A stretch of 63,424 nt of DNA, the filler included, from Collodictyon triciliatum (Eukaryota): assembly GCA_043381765.1 (NCBI GenBank). It is 6 parts of 6 records of this genome, joined end to end, with 100 filler letters (N's around TTAATTAATTAA, not from the genome) between each part and the next. Parts side by side here need not be neighbours in the genome. Positions count along the whole stretch, not along the records: positions 52,960 to 63,424 come from JBHJMP010002660.1; 5 more parts are not named here. One strand, written 5' to 3'. The notes under the pieces are model-generated. The model was not told where the DNA came from, did no database searches, and was given only the letters and a program-made list of their open reading frames with translations. Below, piece by piece: positions 60,184-63,424 of this stretch (its first letter is position 1; each line of letters opens with the position of its first letter). The position numbers and the translations under genes were made by a program.

Positions 60184-61123
60184 CAATAAATAAATAACCG
60201 TATCATACCCCAAGAAATCATAATTATAACCCTAATAATCACATTTCCATTATGAACTTATACACATGAAAGGAAAAATGAACATTTTGAAAATATGATA
60301 CTAAGTAGGGGTTTCGCACGGGTGTGGCCGTAGTGGTCACTTGCAAAATCCCACAAACATGGCAGCCAGAAGCTGGATGTAGGCGGTATCTACCCGCCAT
60401 AGTGCCTGACAACCGCACCAGACATATTCAAACGTTTGAATGTTTGAATATTGAAATGTTGAAAGTGGGCTTATAGAAGTGTTTCATGGTATGCGCGGAA
60501 CACAAAGCAGAGTATTTCGAGGCGATATCAGGATTGCGTGCATCTCGCGCGGCCATTTGCTGACTCAGCTCGTGGACTGTTTTCCTGCAAGGTGGAATAT
60601 ATTCCCTCCCTATTCACAGAGCTATTTCCGATCATATATCCAAGTGCTTTGTATCTTGCTTTGTTGTTGAAGTAAATATAACTACAACACTATTGATTGT
60701 GCACGCTGAAAGTAAATGGCCAGAGGCGAGTAAATATTATTGTTTTTTTTTTCCTGCGTTGTGAACCTCCATCTTTTTCTTATCAATCAGATCAATCATC
60801 TAGCCAGCGATAGGCGTGTTCGCCGCTTCCTTTCGAAACTTTACTATCCACTATTGCACTTGAACTACACAAATGGCACCTCTTTATTTATTACTTTCCT
60901 CTGTCTCGTTTCGTCTGCCGTGATAATTGCGCAAACTCCGACTGCAATTTTGTTTTTGTCCTATCAGCCGTTTACAGATTAAATCAAACTTATTCCTATT
61001 CCTATTCCCACAATCACCTCGATCAAGTCTAGGATAGAGATGGTTTGAAGAGGCTTTATCTATCAAAAAAAGGCATCGTATGCGCCATAATAACAATGAA
61101 TTATATGTCAGAAAGCAGGGACC

Positions 61124-62281
61124 ATGTCAGTGAAGGATACCACGGGATTGCTGACAAAGGAGTCTGAAATGTCTCCCATCATACGGGCATCATCTTCAGC
61201 GATGATAGAAGAAATTGCTGTGGAACATGCAGAAGGACGACGCGAGGTTGGTATAAGTGCGCTGTTTGGTATCACAGCTATTCATGACGTAGCCCAGACC
61301 TTTCGTGTGGATATCATGTTCTATTTTCACTGGCCCGAAAGCAAAACTGAAGCTAAGATTAGGGAGATTGAGAACGGCTCGTCGCTTGGAGATCGAGAGT
61401 CGACGGCAAGTTCCAAGCGAGTGAAAATTGAGGGATATCAAAAACTCAAGGTTAAACCCAATTGGGTGCCTCACATATGTTACTACTCGTTTGAATCTTT
61501 TGAACTGAGCGATGAAGTATACTTCTTCAATGAAACGACTGGTATGTACTACGCAGCATTGAACTACATTATCACGTTCTTGGAGCCATTTGAGCTCCAT
61601 CGATTTCCATTTGACCGACAAACCATGAGGATTGCCTTCTGCTCTACAAATTCAGCTATTGTCCCGTATGACCCGAAACACGGCTACCCTCCAGGATTTA
61701 TGGATGATTGCATCATATACGGAATATACAAGTATGACAACTGGATTATTGACAACATCGAATCTGAAATTGAAACAGATGAGCACGATGTTAGTTTCTA
61801 CATCAGGATTTTTGCTACAAGGAGAGCCGACTTTTACATATACAACATATGTGCTGTGGTCTTTTTAATCGTTTTATGCACAGCTACCGTCAATGCGATT
61901 GATGTCCATGAATTTTCGGATAGAATGTCCGTTACAATAACACTTCTGCTAACGGCTGTTGCATTCAAATTTGTCACGAATACGTACATTCCCCAAGTCT
62001 CGTATCTTACACTTTTAGACAAATATACTATGTTTAGTTTTTTGATGTTGAGTGCTGTTGTACTAGAAAATTACATCATGACATTTATAAGTCACCAAAA
62101 GGCTGAATACATCGACAATGTATTCACTATAGCTTTTGTTGGTGTTTGGGTGGCGCTGCATGTGATTATCAGCATAGGAAACCGCTTTAATGTTTTTCAC
62201 CAGTCATGGACCAAGACACTTGCAATGGACAACAAACAAGTAACTAGAATCAAAAAGAAAACCATCGACAAGGTCGGATAG
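61124..62281 (+). CDS. Cys-less (Pro-loop) pentameric ligand-gated ion channel, intronless
   Basis: WVPHI; FELHRFPFDRQ Pro-loop with no flanking Cys pair; pre-M1 Arg (TRR); M2 DRMSVTITLLLTAVAF; M2-M3 IPQVSYLTLLDKY; four TM helices with a short M3-M4 loop. Confidence 0.92.
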   Translation: MSVKDTTGLLTKESEMSPIIRASSSAMIEEIAVEHAEGRREVGISALFGITAIHDVAQTFRVDIMFYFHWPESKTEAKIREIENGSSLGDRESTASSKRVKIEGYQKLKVKPNWVPHICYYSFESFELSDEVYFFNETTGMYYAALNYIITFLEPFELHRFPFDRQTMRIAFCSTNSAIVPYDPKHGYPPGFMDDCIIYGIYKYDNWIIDNIESEIETDEHDVSFYIRIFATRRADFYIYNICAVVFLIVLCTATVNAIDVHEFSDRMSVTITLLLTAVAFKFVTNTYIPQVSYLTLLDKYTMFSFLMLSAVVLENYIMTFISHQKAEYIDNVFTIAFVGVWVALHVIISIGNRFNVFHQSWTKTLAMDNKQVTRIKKKTIDKVG

Positions 62282-63424
62282 GACTTTCTTCAAATGAATC
62301 TTTGCATAAGCATGCGCAACTTGGGGCTCCGACAACTGATTTTAATGTCCATCATCTTGACTTCCCTATTCTAAGCTCTCGACTTTGAGGACAATTGCTT
62401 CCAAATGATTAAAACTCCCTTTGCCGCACGATAAATAAATTCTTATAAAATAACATCCTTCGAATCCAATATTTAAATATATTGTCCAAAAAAAAAGCTT
62501 TAATATTTTATTGTACTCTATAATCAGACCCTTAATAACCTTTTGATGAATGCCAGCAAAATTAACCACTGGAAGCTTGTATTCGAACATACAGACACAT
62601 TTCACAGTTTTCATAAGGTATGTTCCACCGTGCCTGTAACAGTTCAGGAGTGTTTGGCGAGGGGATCGGAGTTTTACTTTCACAGAGTTGTGCCTTGAAG
62701 TTCGGGCATATGCGGTGTATTGGGTGCCACATCCCACGCTGTCAACCCCCTTTCGAATGCATCACCATACCTGTCCGCCGTCTCATCGTGAGCGAGGTAC
62801 ATGTAGTACTAGGCGTGGATGGATTCTGAGATATTCATGATAGAATACCCCCTAAAGTGATACCAATCGCGCCTGTAAATACTGAATATTCATTAATTTT
62901 CCCACCATTAGACTGAAGATCATATATTCTATGTAGATTTGTATCATAAAGGAAAGAATACACATCTTGAGTTTTAGTTAGACATTTAGTCTGCATGTGG
63001 CCCATTGTACTTTATCGTCGGTCTTATATCAATATCATGGATTCACTCAAGACGGTTGCGGCTGTTGGCCCAATCCAGGCGATATTTGAGCCTCTGCAAC
63101 AGCTGCGCCCAGATGCGAAAACGTTATGGGCAGTGACGCGAGGCCATTTGCTATGGACTATGTGGATAGCAGGCATATACTCACGCAAAGTAAGACCCAA
63201 CAACCAGCCACCCATTCCTGATAATAGACTGGATGACATCATACAAATCTCTTTCCTCAATAGCTTTCTTCGCCACCTGCACGTTCTCTACTATTCGGAC
63301 CCTGTGAGATGAGAAATGTGGAAAGAGGCTGAGAAGGATATTCAACCTCACCTTGTCTCCCTCATGCAAGCACAAGACCCAGGCTACAGGCCAAAGCGCA
63401 GGATGCAATTCCTGATTACCGACT

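Overview
Eukaryotic, intron-rich, AT-rich protist DNA in the standard genetic code. The window is not one locus. It is six unrelated scaffolds (1-10503, 10604-21098, 21199-31690, 31791-42277, 42378-52859, 52960-63424), sorted by decreasing length and joined by 100-nt N-TTAATTAATTAA-N spacers. Genes reconstructed by manual splicing: a kinase with a YbjN/T3SS-chaperone-like N-terminal domain and four SH3/KOW-like repeats, RPS10, a membrane-anchored class I cyclic-nucleotide phosphodiesterase, a multipass membrane protein, a GSAP homolog, an LRR/Cys-rich/multi-TM receptor with nine 69-nt single-LRR exons, NEMF/Rqc2 (about 36 exons), two related putative Ig-fold DNA-binding proteins, mitochondrial-type S16, RTRAF and an intronless Cys-less pentameric ligand-gated channel. 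The most notable element is a decayed Fanzor1 (eukaryotic TnpB-like RNA-guided nuclease) at 16221-18140 on the minus strand. It is followed by a structured candidate omegaRNA and has possible Helitron-type ends (A|TC...hairpin-CTAG|T). All family calls come from motif recognition by eye; no searches were run.
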